From Balanoglossus misakiensis (Eukaryota > Animalia > Hemichordata): 64,000 nt of DNA. The stretch spans positions 8,501,573-8,565,572 of the forward strand of contig CM082594.2 in the NCBI GenBank assembly GCA_040954595.2, given 5' to 3'. This document shows positions 26,136 to 38,479 of the stretch, one piece after another. A program made the position numbers and the translations under genes. The first letter of the stretch is position 1; every line of letters starts with the position of its first letter. The notes beneath the pieces were generated by a model. The model did not search any database, was not told the origin of the DNA, and saw only the letters and a list, made by a program, of their open reading frames with translations.

Positions 26136-29100
26136 ATGGCAGCAACACAACCTCCAAAGATTATTCACGATATCAGAGGTAATGCTGAGTAACAATATTT
26201 TATTTACACACACATATTTGCTACAATACAGTCTGCAGCACTGTTGCAGGACTGTCCTGTAAACTTTTCACATGATGTATACATCACTCTATGTATAATT
26301 CATGTTTCAGAATGCATTCAAGAGTTGAAGCGTGACTACAGAGATAGTCAGATCCCAATCAATGATGATAATACAACCTTGCATAAATTCTGTGCTAAAC
26401 TGGAATTGTTACTCAAAACCAACAGGAAAGGTGGGTAGAACACAAACTACAGAAATTCATCCGCACAATTTCAATTTTTATCTGAAATAATACAGAATTT
26501 CATGACTTTATTTCAAAGAAAGAAAAGAAGAAAATCCATACTCTGATATGTTCTGAATGTTCCCTGTTGTCTGTTTCAGAGAAAACCAGTCTGCTAGGAG
26601 GGAGGAAAGACTACTGGGATTACTTCTACAATTCTCTGTATAAAGTGAAGGGACTGAATGAAGGAATACGATTCGTCAAATCGATGCCAGAGGTAAGATA
26701 TGTGTGTCTGAATGGTTGTACAAAATGCAGTACTCATAGAGAAGTATGTGTAAATAATTGGTAAAAGCCAGTTTAGTCTACATGTATGTTCCTCATTTAA
26801 GCTCCCATTTCATTTTTTTTAGCTGCGAACTTCACTCGGGAAGGGCAGAGCATTCATCAGATACAGCCTGGTCCAACAGAGATTGGCTGATACTTTCCAA
26901 CAGTGTGTCACCAACGGTAAAGTTACCAGGTGAGTTAGGATCAATATGTAAATTTGTTGTAGTGGTCAGTTGTTAGTCTTTTAGAACCTATCATTCAATA
27001 TCCTTAATTCAAATGATTGTGAATAATTTTGACTCCCATTTGTTCACAGTGATTGGTACACACCTAAGTCAGTACTGATGAACCACAGCCACAAGTCGGC
27101 CCTGGTCAGTGACCTCTACGACCTCAACGAAATCCAGTTTGATCTTTCACCCACAGGTTATGACCTTGACAGTGATTGGCCAACTTTTGCAAGGTGAGAT
27201 TACCGGTATCATCCAGATTTGAAATGATTGACCCCTATACATCTAACAGTTGAATCCATTCGTCAGAGGGAATAGTCATATTCATAAATGACAGTGCAAT
27301 GAAAGGAATTTCTGAGTTAATTCTCACCTATGGTTACTTTTGCAGGAAATCTTTTGGAACACCGACGTATGGACTGTGGCAACCACCCAGCAGATCTTCC
27401 AGTATTAGTAGTCTTACCAGTATGACATCACAGGTAAGATCTAATTTGTAGTCTAGAAATTCAAGTATGAGTGCCTGGCAAGGTAATATGTTTTGTGTGC
27501 AGACTTCCATACAGATGGTAAAATTTTATTTCAATTATTTATGTATCTTTTTTGGCAGCAAAACGATAGCCTCAGCTTTGCACCAGGCAGCCCACATGCA
27601 AGTCTGAAACAAACAATTGACGAAGAAAAACACTCGGCCCTGCAGACCGAGTTAGACCAGTGTGAAATCAGCATACGGCATCTCCAGCAACGGAATGAAC
27701 AGCTGGAGAAAGAGCGGGAGGACATGAAGGGACTGGCCTTGGAAACGGAGACGAGGATGTCGGAGGCGACGTCGCAGATGCAGAAGAAGATACAGGAGAT
27801 GGAGTACGTGGTGTCGAGGAGCGTCAGTGAACTGGAAGAGAAGAGGAAACTTTGGGACGAAGAGAGAGGAAGTCTGAGAAGCCGTTTGGAAGACGCGGAG
27901 AGCATGAACAGTGATCTGTATCTGAGAATCGATGCGCTGAATAAACAGCACGAAAGCAGAGAGAAGGTGTTCGCTGATGTGGAGAGCGATCTGAAAGAGA
28001 GGTTACAAGCCAAGGAGGCGAGTGGCGGCGAAATGGCGATCGAGATAAAAGGTCTTCAACAGCAGTTGGAAATTCAGGAGAGCGAGGGACGAAGGAAAGG
28101 GGAGCGGATTCAAGAACTGGAGGAGAAGCTGTCGGGCACGGAGAGCAAACAGCAGGATTTGGTTGCCAGGATGGAAGGACTTGTCAACGAGAAGGACAGC
28201 AAAGCGTCCGATCATTTCGATTCAGCGAACAAAGCGCACGCGCTCGTAGAGAAAATGGTGGAGGCCGAAAGAGTGAATGCAGAGTTGAAAGGTCAGAACG
28301 ACGAGCTGAACAGGCAGCTGTTAAATTTACAAGACAAGGTTACAGAGACAGAGAATACAAAGAGCAATGAAATAAAACTTCTGCAAAATGAATCTGAGGA
28401 AAAATACAATTCTGTCGTTCAGAGTAATGAAGGTTTAAAGAAAAAGTTGGAACAAGCAGATGAGCAGCTGAGAGACTTGAAAATGCAAAATCAAAGTTTC
28501 ACTGACTCTTGTGAAAAATTTCGAAAAATTATCATTGCCAAAGATGAGGAACTTGAGGCAGCTAAAATGGAAATGCAGACAACTACAGAAACGTCAAGAA
28601 AAATTCAGGAAGAGTTAAACTGCAAAGTAAATGAAGTTATGACTGAACTGGAATCAAGCAAAGCAGCTAGTGCTACAGAAGTGGAAGCTTTGAAAACTCA
28701 AATTGCGGATTTGGAGGAGAGAAGTAAAGATTTATCTGTCCGTCAGGAGTTGCCAGTAATGGCTAGAGATGCGGAAGTTTTAGAATCAGAAGTTCAACAG
28801 ACTTGTGATGAGGTTGACAGCGCAACTCAACTTAGAACTTCAAATGAACTTGTTGAGAGTTTAGAAGCAGAACTGAGTGAAATTAGGACCGTGGTCAGTT
28901 CAGCAATTGCCTGTAGTTCTGAGCCTGAGATTCGAAAATTATCAGAAAATGTACACGATGGCAATCGGCAGACGATTGAGGCACTCGTGGCTTCTATCTC
29001 TGAGCTGCATAAGCTACGTGACAGTGCCAAGAATTTTGACAACAGTGCAGCTGAAATGAGAAAGGAAATCAAGGGATTGAAACAAGCGTGTGACGACTAC

Positions 29101-32100
29101 CAACATGAATTGAGAGATTCCAAACTGCAGCTGGCCGATTTGAAAACTTGCATCAGTAAGCTGGAAAATTCTGAAGTCACACTTCAGACAAGTTTAGAAG
29201 ACAGGGTCAGAGAGCTTGAAGATTTACGTGTGTTGTGTCAAGATTTGGAAACCCAGAAAGAGACTTTAGAAACAAGGACTAAAGAACTGCAAGAAACTGT
29301 TAGTGCAAATGAGGAAAAGTTTCATGACTTGGAGCAGCGTTACAAAACGCTTGCAAAAGAAATGTCAGGACTGAGAGATGAGAATGACGTTCTCAGGAAG
29401 GAGAAAGATGAAATGAATGAAAGTATGGCAGTTCATGAAACAGAGATTGCTGAAAAGGTTATCCAAAAGGATGCGGAAATTTATGAATTGATGACAAGGG
29501 AGGAGAAATTGCAAGAAGAGTTGAGAGAATTCCAAGAGGAGAGAGAACAAAGTGAGGGTGACATGTCAGCCATGACAGAAAAAATTGCAATGTATGAGGG
29601 TCAGCTCCAAGAACAGCAACAGAAATTTGATGCGGAGAAATCTGCTTTAGAAGGAAACGTGGAAACTCTTAGGGAAGAGTACGAACATGAGAAACAAAAT
29701 TCCCAGAAATTACAAATCACACTGGAAGATCTGCGAAGAATTCACGAAGAGGATTTGTCACACGAGGAGGTCTTTGAGGAGAGAAAGCAACAGGTCGGCA
29801 AGGAATACGAAGATAAAGTCGACTTTTTGAAACAGCAGTTCCAAATCATCAAAGAAGATTTGCAGGAGAAATTGATGGCGAAATCCAGCGAGCTTGATGC
29901 GCTGAAGGAACAATTCGATCTGTTGTTAAAGGAGAAGAATGAAATAGGCGACAAAAATGATATCTTGAATACGCAGATATCCGATCTGAATGAACAGTGT
30001 GAGTTGCTGATGTCGGAAAAGGCGGAAGTCCAGGAGAAACTGGAGCAGAGTAGTTCTGAGGCAGCGGAAAAGATAACGGATGTCTCTCTCGAATGCGACG
30101 AACTGGTCAAGAACCTCAACGCTGTCACGTTGGAGAGAGACGATGTCCATCGACAAATCACTTCCATTCAGAAATCCACGGAGGATACCGATGCATTACT
30201 GAAGAGCAAAGACGAGAAAATTCAGCAGTTGCAGGAGGATGCTAACGAGATGCGTGCAACCATGGAAACAGAAATCTCAGCTCTCCAGTTTCAGCTGAGC
30301 TCTGAAACTATGCAGTATCAACAACAGATAAACGTGAGTATCAAAATCATAAAATCATAGAATTTTTCTTATATTCCACAATGAATTTCATTTATATGTA
30401 TAAATTGATGATCTCGTAGTCTAAGGTATTTTGAATATGTCTCATTACAGGCATATGCTGACCAAGCCATTGAAATGATATCCATGAGGGATAAGGTGGC
30501 TGAAAATGAACAGTTGCTGACTCAGTTGGAGGAGACATTAGAGGTGACCAAATCAGAATGGAAACATGAGAGTGAAACGCTGAGTAAAGAGGTGAGTGAA
30601 TGGGCAGCTACTGAGATCAGTCATTTGGAGTCTGATAACTGCATTATATCAGTTAAATATATACTTGTCTAAACTGACCTCATCACCATGTGTCTGCCAT
30701 GGGTACCAATCATGTTTAGACTACATGTATCTTCATAGCAAAATGTTCCATACTTGCCTTGTGCATTTTCTCTCAAATTTAGAATTATTTAATTTTATAA
30801 AAAATGACCTGTCGATTTGTTTGCAGTTGCAAAGAGTCACGGCCATGCTGTCTGCAAAGGAATTACAATGCAAACACTTAGAAAATGATGTTGACAAGGT
30901 ATGTACATTTATCATACAATGAACGAAATCTGTCCTATTTTTGTGAATATAATTTTCTTGATCTAATTAGACATTTGTATAGTTAATTTTAATCATATGC
31001 ACATGGCATCGTGTGATATAACAATAAAACCCGCGTGGTGTTTTTTTGTGATGTTGGTCAATTTTTTTCTCCAGTTGACGACAGCAATTGAAATGGAAAA
31101 GACGGCTACCAAAGAAGAGAAGGTATGAAGTAGAAACAATGTTGATTTTATTTTCATCTTTTTTATTTATATTGCATATATGGTTGTGAAAAGGTTCAGA
31201 GGTTTGATTTGAAATCTCTGAGAAAAACATTTTTTACAAGTTTTCCTGTATTTCTTTCGGCAGACAAAGGTAGCAAGATACGAGGAACAACTTGCCAATT
31301 TTGAAAGAAAGAAAGAAGAAGAAATGGCACAGTTAGAGCAAGACAATGAAGGGTTGAAGAGAAGATTGATCAAGCTCATCAGGTAAGAAAAACGTTTCTT
31401 GCAAAACGTCAACATGTTTATTGCAAAATATCAGTTATTTGTAGCATTAACCTCTTATCTTATCTCCGATATCAGGGACAAGGATAATCTGTGGCAGAAA
31501 ACAGACTGGTTAGCACATCAACAGAAATTACAGGCAGCAGAGAGGTGGTTGGATGATAAAGAGGTAGGAATGATATACATGTAACTCATGTAGCGGGATC
31601 ATGTTACTGAATGTGTACATAGAAGCAATGCTGTACATAGTTCAAACGTGTTTACTTGACACCTAGCAGAAATTTCTATGTAAGACCTTCCCACATGCTA
31701 TCGCTTGTAATATTAAACCATGACTTTCATATCCCTGGATAGGTGTTCAATTGTATGCAGTGCAATACAGAGTTCTCTCTGACTGTCAGACGCCACCATT
31801 GCCGACTCTGTGGCAGAATTTTCTGTTACAGTTGTTCCAACAATTGGATTATGACAAAACACAGCAGGTAAGTGTCGTTTTGTTTATTTCCCATTACATT
31901 CTTTCTTCCAAATAAAACTAATGTGAACATGTCAACAATATTCTTGTCGAGAAACCAAGTCTGATGCACAATATTAGTTGCAGGTTTGTTTATTTTTTCT
32001 GATGTCGTTCCAGCAAAAAGACTCGGGCATGTTTAACCTGCTACGCCAAATATCAGCATCAGCATGAAGAAGGTGGAATCATGGACACTTCTGTTGTGGA

Positions 32101-33551
32101 CAACAGCGATGAAGACATCGATCCGGCAATCTTGAAAGGACACTTGCAGAGATTCGGAAGCCAGTCGGAAAACTCGTCGACGGCGACGTCTCCGGACGAG
32201 GAATACAGCAGCAGGAGCAACAGTCGGAATTCGTTCGTGACCGCTTCCAGTGGAATGACTTCGCCGGTCTCTGACGATCCCAAAGGTATTGTAGCGAGCA
32301 AAAGTCTGGATGGCTTGGCAGAAAACAACGAGGAATCTTCACAACTATCGGCGGGTGATGAAGAGTCTAAATCGGCTACCTCACTCCTGGATGAAGGAAG
32401 GAAAATAAACTCGGCTGCTAGCGTTGTCATGACCACAGAAGGGGATGGTGTCGGTATGGAGACGCAAGATGAAATGGACGGAAGCAGAGATGATGTGTTT
32501 GATGTGATCGGTGAGGAGGAGATCGCTCGGTCACAAGAAAGTGAGAAGAAAAATGAGGAAGAAGCAAAGAGTACACTTGGACATAGTCTGGAAGTGAGAG
32601 AGGATAGGTAAAGTTTGGCTTTATTTTCATACATGTACTGCATTTATCAGAGCAGGAAATCACCCAGCCAGTTTGTTGACTATTATCGTGACTTTGCCTG
32701 CTTATTACGAAGGGACTTGTGTATATTTACAGGAAACATGATCAGTAGATCTTGTGACCCTGAATAGTGTCTCAGTGATGTAGATAACAGGAAGTTGTAG
32801 GCAAAGAGACTGGTTACATGTTCTTACCACAACTTCTCCAATAACTTCCCCTCCCCCTTCCCCTTCCCTCCCCCACAGTTTGACCAGCAGTCTGGTGATG
32901 TCAGCCGAACATTTGGAGAGTGTCTCGGAGGAAAGCTACGAAGAGTGGATCAAAGCTGGCAAGAGTTTTGCCGTCCCTGTCAAAGTGGACAAACCCGGCA
33001 TCGTCCTGTGTTGGGAATTCACTACAGAACCAAAGGTAATAGTATCCTCAACAACAGTTGCTGAATCCAAAGAGTAGATATTTCACATTGATGTAAATCA
33101 TTTATGTATTAATGTGATCTAATGATGTCTATCTGCACTCTGTGTTTGTTTGATCAGAACATAGCATTCAGCGTGACTTACAAGGAAAATGAAGAGACAA
33201 GACTTGAAGACAGTCAAGTACTGATACCGTTGTGTCGATGCAACTCGCACAGACAGTCAGTACAGGGAGAGTTGATTGCTAAACAGCCGGGCATATACAC
33301 GCTTGTCTTCGACAACTCATTTTCAAGGTAAGGTACACTGTCTGTCTGCAATTATTTTTGCATCGTATGTATTGCAGTTTTCAAACTTACCAAGGGGGTT
33401 CTCACTGCTCAGACAAGTACAGGGACTGTTGTGTTTTCGTGAACCTAACTTGACAATTACAAGGAGTGATGAACTTCTATGCTTTGTGTGTTGCAGATTT
33501 ACTTCCAAGAAGGCGAGATACAAACTGCAAATCAAAAGACCAGGGCCGTGA
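26136..33551 (+). CDS. FYCO1: FYVE and coiled-coil domain autophagy adaptor 1 (RUN - coiled coil - FYVE - LIR - GOLD), ~1652 aa, 17 coding exons
   Basis: Exons 26136-26178, 26311-26430, 26580-26692, 26823-26929, 27050-27193, 27346-27433, 27559-30333 (2775-nt coiled-coil exon), 30451-30591, 30827-30898, 31075-31122, 31264-31382, 31476-31563, 31743-31867 ([17 protein letters not shown]), 32014-32607, 32879-33035, 33158-33327 ([15 protein letters not shown]), 33497-33551. RUN domain [23 protein letters not shown]; [15 protein letters not shown]. Confidence 0.95.
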
Positions 33552-34843
33552 ACTGAAGATCCTCCATAATGTTACCGATGGCACCTCATCCACTTATGAC
33601 TGGACGAATTTATTCAATGGACTTTATTTTCACATCAGCTGCAGTAATCTTCATTTCCTGGCTGTTGAGTATTCAAAAGACTTTATCCTCTAAAATAATG
33701 CAAATGCAGCTATCAATGGCAACTCTATTACGGACACGAAATTACATTTTCCATAGAACTTTTAAATATATGCTGCAGAATGTGACAGAATTGTAGTTTA
33801 TCAGTATTTTAATGCATTTGCACATGTGATAACAATTAAGGTATTGATATAGGGGTTAATAGAAAAAATGTTAAATCATTTTTGCTTCTATTTTACATAA
33901 AAAGTAATTGTAAAACATTTGACGTTAGTTTTCAGATATTTTTAGCAATAAGTATAAGGCCAGTTGAGAAATCAGGCAGGATATCAGAGCAAAGTCCATT
34001 GAGTTCTTCACAGCTTTGTGATTTTCTTTAAAATTTGATCAGCAGTGGCACTAACCACTGAAATAATTTGCAGATATGAATATAAAAGATTCTTGGAAGA
34101 AAGAGATTCTTCTGGTATAATAACCGAATATCATCTTCATAGAAGTGTAATTTCGTCCACTATTTATATATCATGAATATTGTGGGGATTAATTTGTGTT
34201 CCGCCCAGCTAGCTAGGATGGTGCTCACGAACACTGCCACACATTACATTGCAATATATCTCTTACCAAATATTATATGCTGATACCAAAAGATTAGACC
34301 TTCCAGTATTTTTCAGAACGATCACAACATGTAGTTTTCCTGTTTCTTAAACACTACTCTCTTCCATCAGCATTTTCATACTGAATTAAATTGTTCAGGT
34401 CTAATGTTCTGTCTGAAGCTATGTATGACTTTTTTGACCAAATCAACGTTTATCATAACATGATACATCTATATTTTATCTATTATGGAAAGTCTAAGTG
34501 TACGGAATGTCTGTTTTTGTTAAATAAAAATGTAATTATTTTATCAAAATTGGTGTGTATGTACTCTGAAGTGCTTTCAAACCAAAAACTATTTTCTTAC
34601 AAACAGATTCTGGTAGATGTTGTAGAGTGAATATCAAAAAACGTTAATTACATGAATTCATGTATTTCCATCTACATAACTTCACGTTTTGGCCAAAAAC
34701 TATGGCATGGAAATTATGGAAACTGCTTTTATATGTTTATGTCATTTTTTGAAGGTCAAAAAAGTATTGCGAAGGATGATAAAATGAAAATGTAGACTTT
34801 GACAAGCCTTTGATCAGGACAGTGTTTTATTTAGATGGGAGAA

Positions 34844-34850
34844 GAAAAAA
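34844..34850 (-). terminator. Pol III oligo-T terminator of tRNA-Gly
   Basis: A7 run on the plus strand (T7 on minus) ~10 nt downstream of the tRNA 3' end. Confidence 0.75.
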
Positions 34851-34859
34851 GTGAACCGT

Positions 34860-34931
34860 TGCGTAGGCCGGGAATCGAACCCGGGTCTAAAGCTTGGAAG
34901 GCTTCAATGCTAACCACTACACCACCTACGC
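34860..34931 (-). tRNA. tRNA-Gly (anticodon TCC)
   Basis: Reverse complement GCGTAGGTGGTGTAGTGGTTAGCATTGAAGCCTTCCAAGCTTTAGACCCGGGTTCGATTCCCGGCCTACGCA: 7-bp acceptor stem, A box, anticodon loop CT-TCC-AA, B box GGTTCGATTCC, 72 nt. Confidence 0.95.
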
Positions 34932-35246
34932 AGCTGAACGTGATGGTGCTGTTTAGCAGTAGTGGACACTATCTCTAAATCTCGATTGACTTCCTCAGGA
35001 ATAGCGTGACTTCCCAAGGGATTTCTATGTATACGAAAAGGTTTTGTCGTTAAGTAATCATGTAATATGCTAGTGTTGGTTTCTGTTTTTGTGATACGGG
35101 GGATGGAGATCTGCATATATTTATCCCGGATGTGGTGGTGAAATGGAATTCTGGGAAATAAGCTGCTTGACCTTTCACCTGAAACGGTGAGTTGGTGATG
35201 AGACGTATGTGAGGACTGACCCGGCGTGATGCGATGATACGTTGCC

Positions 35247-37926
35247 ATGGCTATGGATGATTGCTTAACCCGGCAGGTAATGTACAATACATTTGTCACA
35301 AACCACTGTTCCTTTATTTTTCCTCGTGCTGTCACAGTACTTCGTCACGCGTCGTCGTGTTTCACCCGGCACGGATCGCGGAACAGCTGGTTCCCAGCTG
35401 GCGAAGGCCTATATACACACCATCACATGCTCAGCTGGCCTGGAACACTAGAAGTTGTATTTACGGGTATGGTTTACATGATCACAGGCGCAGATCAGGC
35501 TACAGTCAGTGTGATTCCTGCGCCTGTGGTTTACATGTAATACCATAATGCAGATTTACATTGTGTAACACGGATCCCCCATTTTATTCAGATTGAAGAA
35601 ATTGAAGCCTTGTCTTCTATATATGACGAAGAATGGTGTGTTGTAGATGAGTATAATCGCATCTACTGCATTGCGATATCTGATGATAAGAAACCACCTC
35701 TATGTCAAGTTTGTTTACAGGTAATATTGTATTTGCATAAGTTACCATAGTGATGACGTATCTGACATATCTAGACCCCAATTCATATATTGTGAACAAT
35801 TTTAATATAGTACATGTATATTTGTAAGAAACTAGTTGTTGCGTATACCAAAAGTAAAAATTTCAGTATGTTTTAAAATTGATATTGCAGGTCATCCTTC
35901 AGGAAAATTATCCGAACACATCATCACCATTATATCAGGTGAAGTAAGTATCTTTCATATCATTAATTCAGACTCATGATTAATCATTGTGCCATTTAGT
36001 AATTATGCAAACATTTATCACAATATTCAAAAATATTTTTAATCTCATTTACAGTGCACCATGGTTACAAGATTCAGATAGACTTGAGATAGAAGAGAAT
36101 CTAAATCAAATCTGCAGGTAATTATTGTTTTTGAATATTTTGACATTTACAGAATAAATTCTTGTCTAAAAGTGTATACATTGGTTGTTGCATGTTAAAT
36201 AAATAGCTTTGATGAAATGGACATGTCTGGTTGAGCTGCCTCATCTTTCTACACACACGCCGATTATTTTCTATGATGATATTAAAATATGACATTTCCA
36301 TTCTAGGGACAATATTGGTGAAAGTGTGATCTACCTCATGGTTGAAAAACTGCGAGAAATTGTTGAAAGAAAATCAGAAGAAATTCAGTCAGAAGGTAAA
36401 ATCAAAATTTGCCTTTCATACTCTGAAGTACCCGTAATACATTTTTTGACAATTCTGTTTGGTTATGAAAGTGGCAAGTCATTGATTTCTGACTTTTTAA
36501 ATTCATTTCACTTCAGAGAACAGAAAGAAGGAAGAAGTTCAGACAGAAGAAGATTTTACAGAGACAGAAATAGTGCAATATGTTGTGGATTGCGTTGAGG
36601 GTACGTTACTTGCTTGTGTCACAGTCATCTCTCAACTTTGCAATTTTCAAGGTAAAAACAAACACAGAAACTGAAAAATATGTTCAAAAATGAATACTGC
36701 AGTGACAGTTGGTGATATTTATTTCAGATGATCATGATGTACCTGAGATCCACCATGCTGAACCGATCACAGAGAGGCGGTCAACATTCCAGGCACATCT
36801 TGCCAAAGTTACAACTGTGGAACAGGTAACACTTTATGCCTTATCTCCAGTCAGATGCAGAGTAATAGAATGATTAGACCAAAATATGTCTTCCCAGCCA
36901 ATGTACATAGTTCAACTAACAACTCTGTCTTTTCTTTTTATCCTCTAGGTCAAAGCAGTCATACACAAACTTCTTCAAAATAGGAAAATTGCCAATGCCA
37001 CTCATAATATTCTAGCATACAGGTAATGGACTAGAAGATCTTGATCCATGTGCACATAAGTGATAAAGATAGCAATGGAAAATCAGTTAATTTAAATGCA
37101 CATAGCAAGATTATCTCTCATATGAAATGTTTGTTGATTTGTATTTGTGTTTGGGTGTGTGTGTGACACATTTTGCCCTCACTTTGCAGAATTTACTGTG
37201 AGACGAGAAACACGTACAGAGAAGACTGCGATGATGATGGCGAAACTGCAGCTGGAGGAAGATTGTTACATTTACTTCAAGTTAGTATCATTCCCTGGAT
37301 GCATTCATGTTATGTCATTGTAGTTCAGCAGTGAATAATACACTCAGTGGGGAGAGATATCAGACTGTTTCTAGAAAATGTGATTTTCTGATCATCTTGA
37401 TCACTTACCAATTTTTGCAAAATAGTCCAAGTCAGGCTTTGTATGAAGCTGGGCACAAAGTTTTTACAAAAAATCAAACAGTGGACTGCCTTCGCTTCCT
37501 TCCATAAATCATGTGCACCGTACACATAGCCTTTAGTTTTGTCCCTTCTTTTCACCCAATTTGCTGACTCTTCCTGATCTCCGACACAGACTATGGTCGC
37601 CGCCATCTTGTCTGTTGTTAGTTTAAGACTGCACACTGCCTTCTGGCATTGACTGTGTACAATTTTAGTAACCAGAGTCTCTGGTTCGACACAAGCGCAT
37701 AAGACGATCGTTGCTCTTTAATGATTGTCGTGTGTTTGATTTGTAGATTCTAGATGTGCAGAATGTCATGGTGGTAATATCCAGATGGTATGGTGGAATA
37801 TTACTTGGACCAGACCGTTTTAAACTCATCAACAACGCTGCCAGGAGTGTGTTGGACAGTCACGGTTTTATTGAAAAGAAAGATGAAAGAACAAAGAACA
37901 AAACAAAACACAAAAAGACTAAGTAG
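35247..37926 (+). CDS. IMPACT: Protein IMPACT (RWD + UPF0029/Ancient domain; GCN1-GCN2 regulator), ~296 aa, 10 exons
   Basis: Exons 35247-35276, 35592-35720 (IEEIEALSSIYDEEWCVVD), 35891-35943, 36055-36117 (APWL), 36307-36395, 36517-36600, 36728-36825 (EPITERRSTFQAHLA), 36949-37022 (KIANATHNILAYR), 37190-37280 (DCDDDGETAAGGRLLHLLQ), 37747-37926 (VMVVISRWYGGILLGPDRFKLINN). Total 891 nt. Confidence 0.95.
37631..37721 (-). mobile_element. Terminus of an interspersed non-autonomous DNA transposon in IMPACT intron 9; may extend left to ~37330
   Basis: Reverse-complement match to 18340-18431; internal palindrome AACCAGAG-T-CTCTGGTT; ends ...gctctTTAA. Confidence 0.65.
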
Positions 37927-38386
37927 CAAATTTAACAGGAAGCAAAATGTTTATTGTAAACACTCTATCTTTGCAATCAAGGAATTTTTAAATTTAAATT
38001 ACTTGATTAATTAATTTAATTTGTACATGTTAATTGTAAATTAGAATAGCAAAGTCCTTTGCTTTTTTTTCATCAAATATCAGTCTCTTTCCTACATCTC
38101 AAATCCAACTAATTTCCTAAACTGCATTAGTTTCTCGAAACAGCTTAACAGTCTCTCGCCATTTGTAGATTATGAAAACAAGTTATCAATACCAATTGAC
38201 AAATCAAATACATTAATTGAAATAAGTTCACTGTCATGATCCCTTTACATCTTTGCCCTTGCCATTTTGAGTCTCTAAAAAATTAATGTATGTAGCAATT
38301 TTAAGTGTACATGTGTGATTTATACACTTTTACAGCCCACAACATTTTTACATGGTTACAGAACCACATTTGTAATTAATGTACAT

Positions 38387-38392
38387 AATAAA
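38387..38392 (+). promoter_or_regulatory. Putative poly(A) signal of IMPACT
   Basis: AATAAA ~460 nt after the stop, preceded by TGTA motifs and followed by a GT-rich element at ~38434-38448. Confidence 0.5.
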
Positions 38393-38479
38393 TATGTGAT
38401 TGAATTAGAGTCATGAAGTTATTATGTTTAATAGTGTGTATGTGTGTTGCCATTTATGCCAATGTATGAGCTATAATAA

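Noticed and set aside
27493-27558. ORF-track start of the 955-aa ORF as a standalone myosin/SMC-like gene
   Set aside because: The first 22 codons are intronic (acceptor at 27557-27558); the ORF is the large internal coiled-coil exon of FYCO1.
27531-32663. Multiple minus-strand Ser/Leu/Phe-rich ORFs
   Set aside because: Antisense shadows of the Glu/Lys-rich FYCO1 coding exons.
34860-34931. tRNA-derived SINE or pseudogene
   Set aside because: Intact cloverleaf with compensatory pairs, an immediate oligo-T terminator, and no SINE body or tail.
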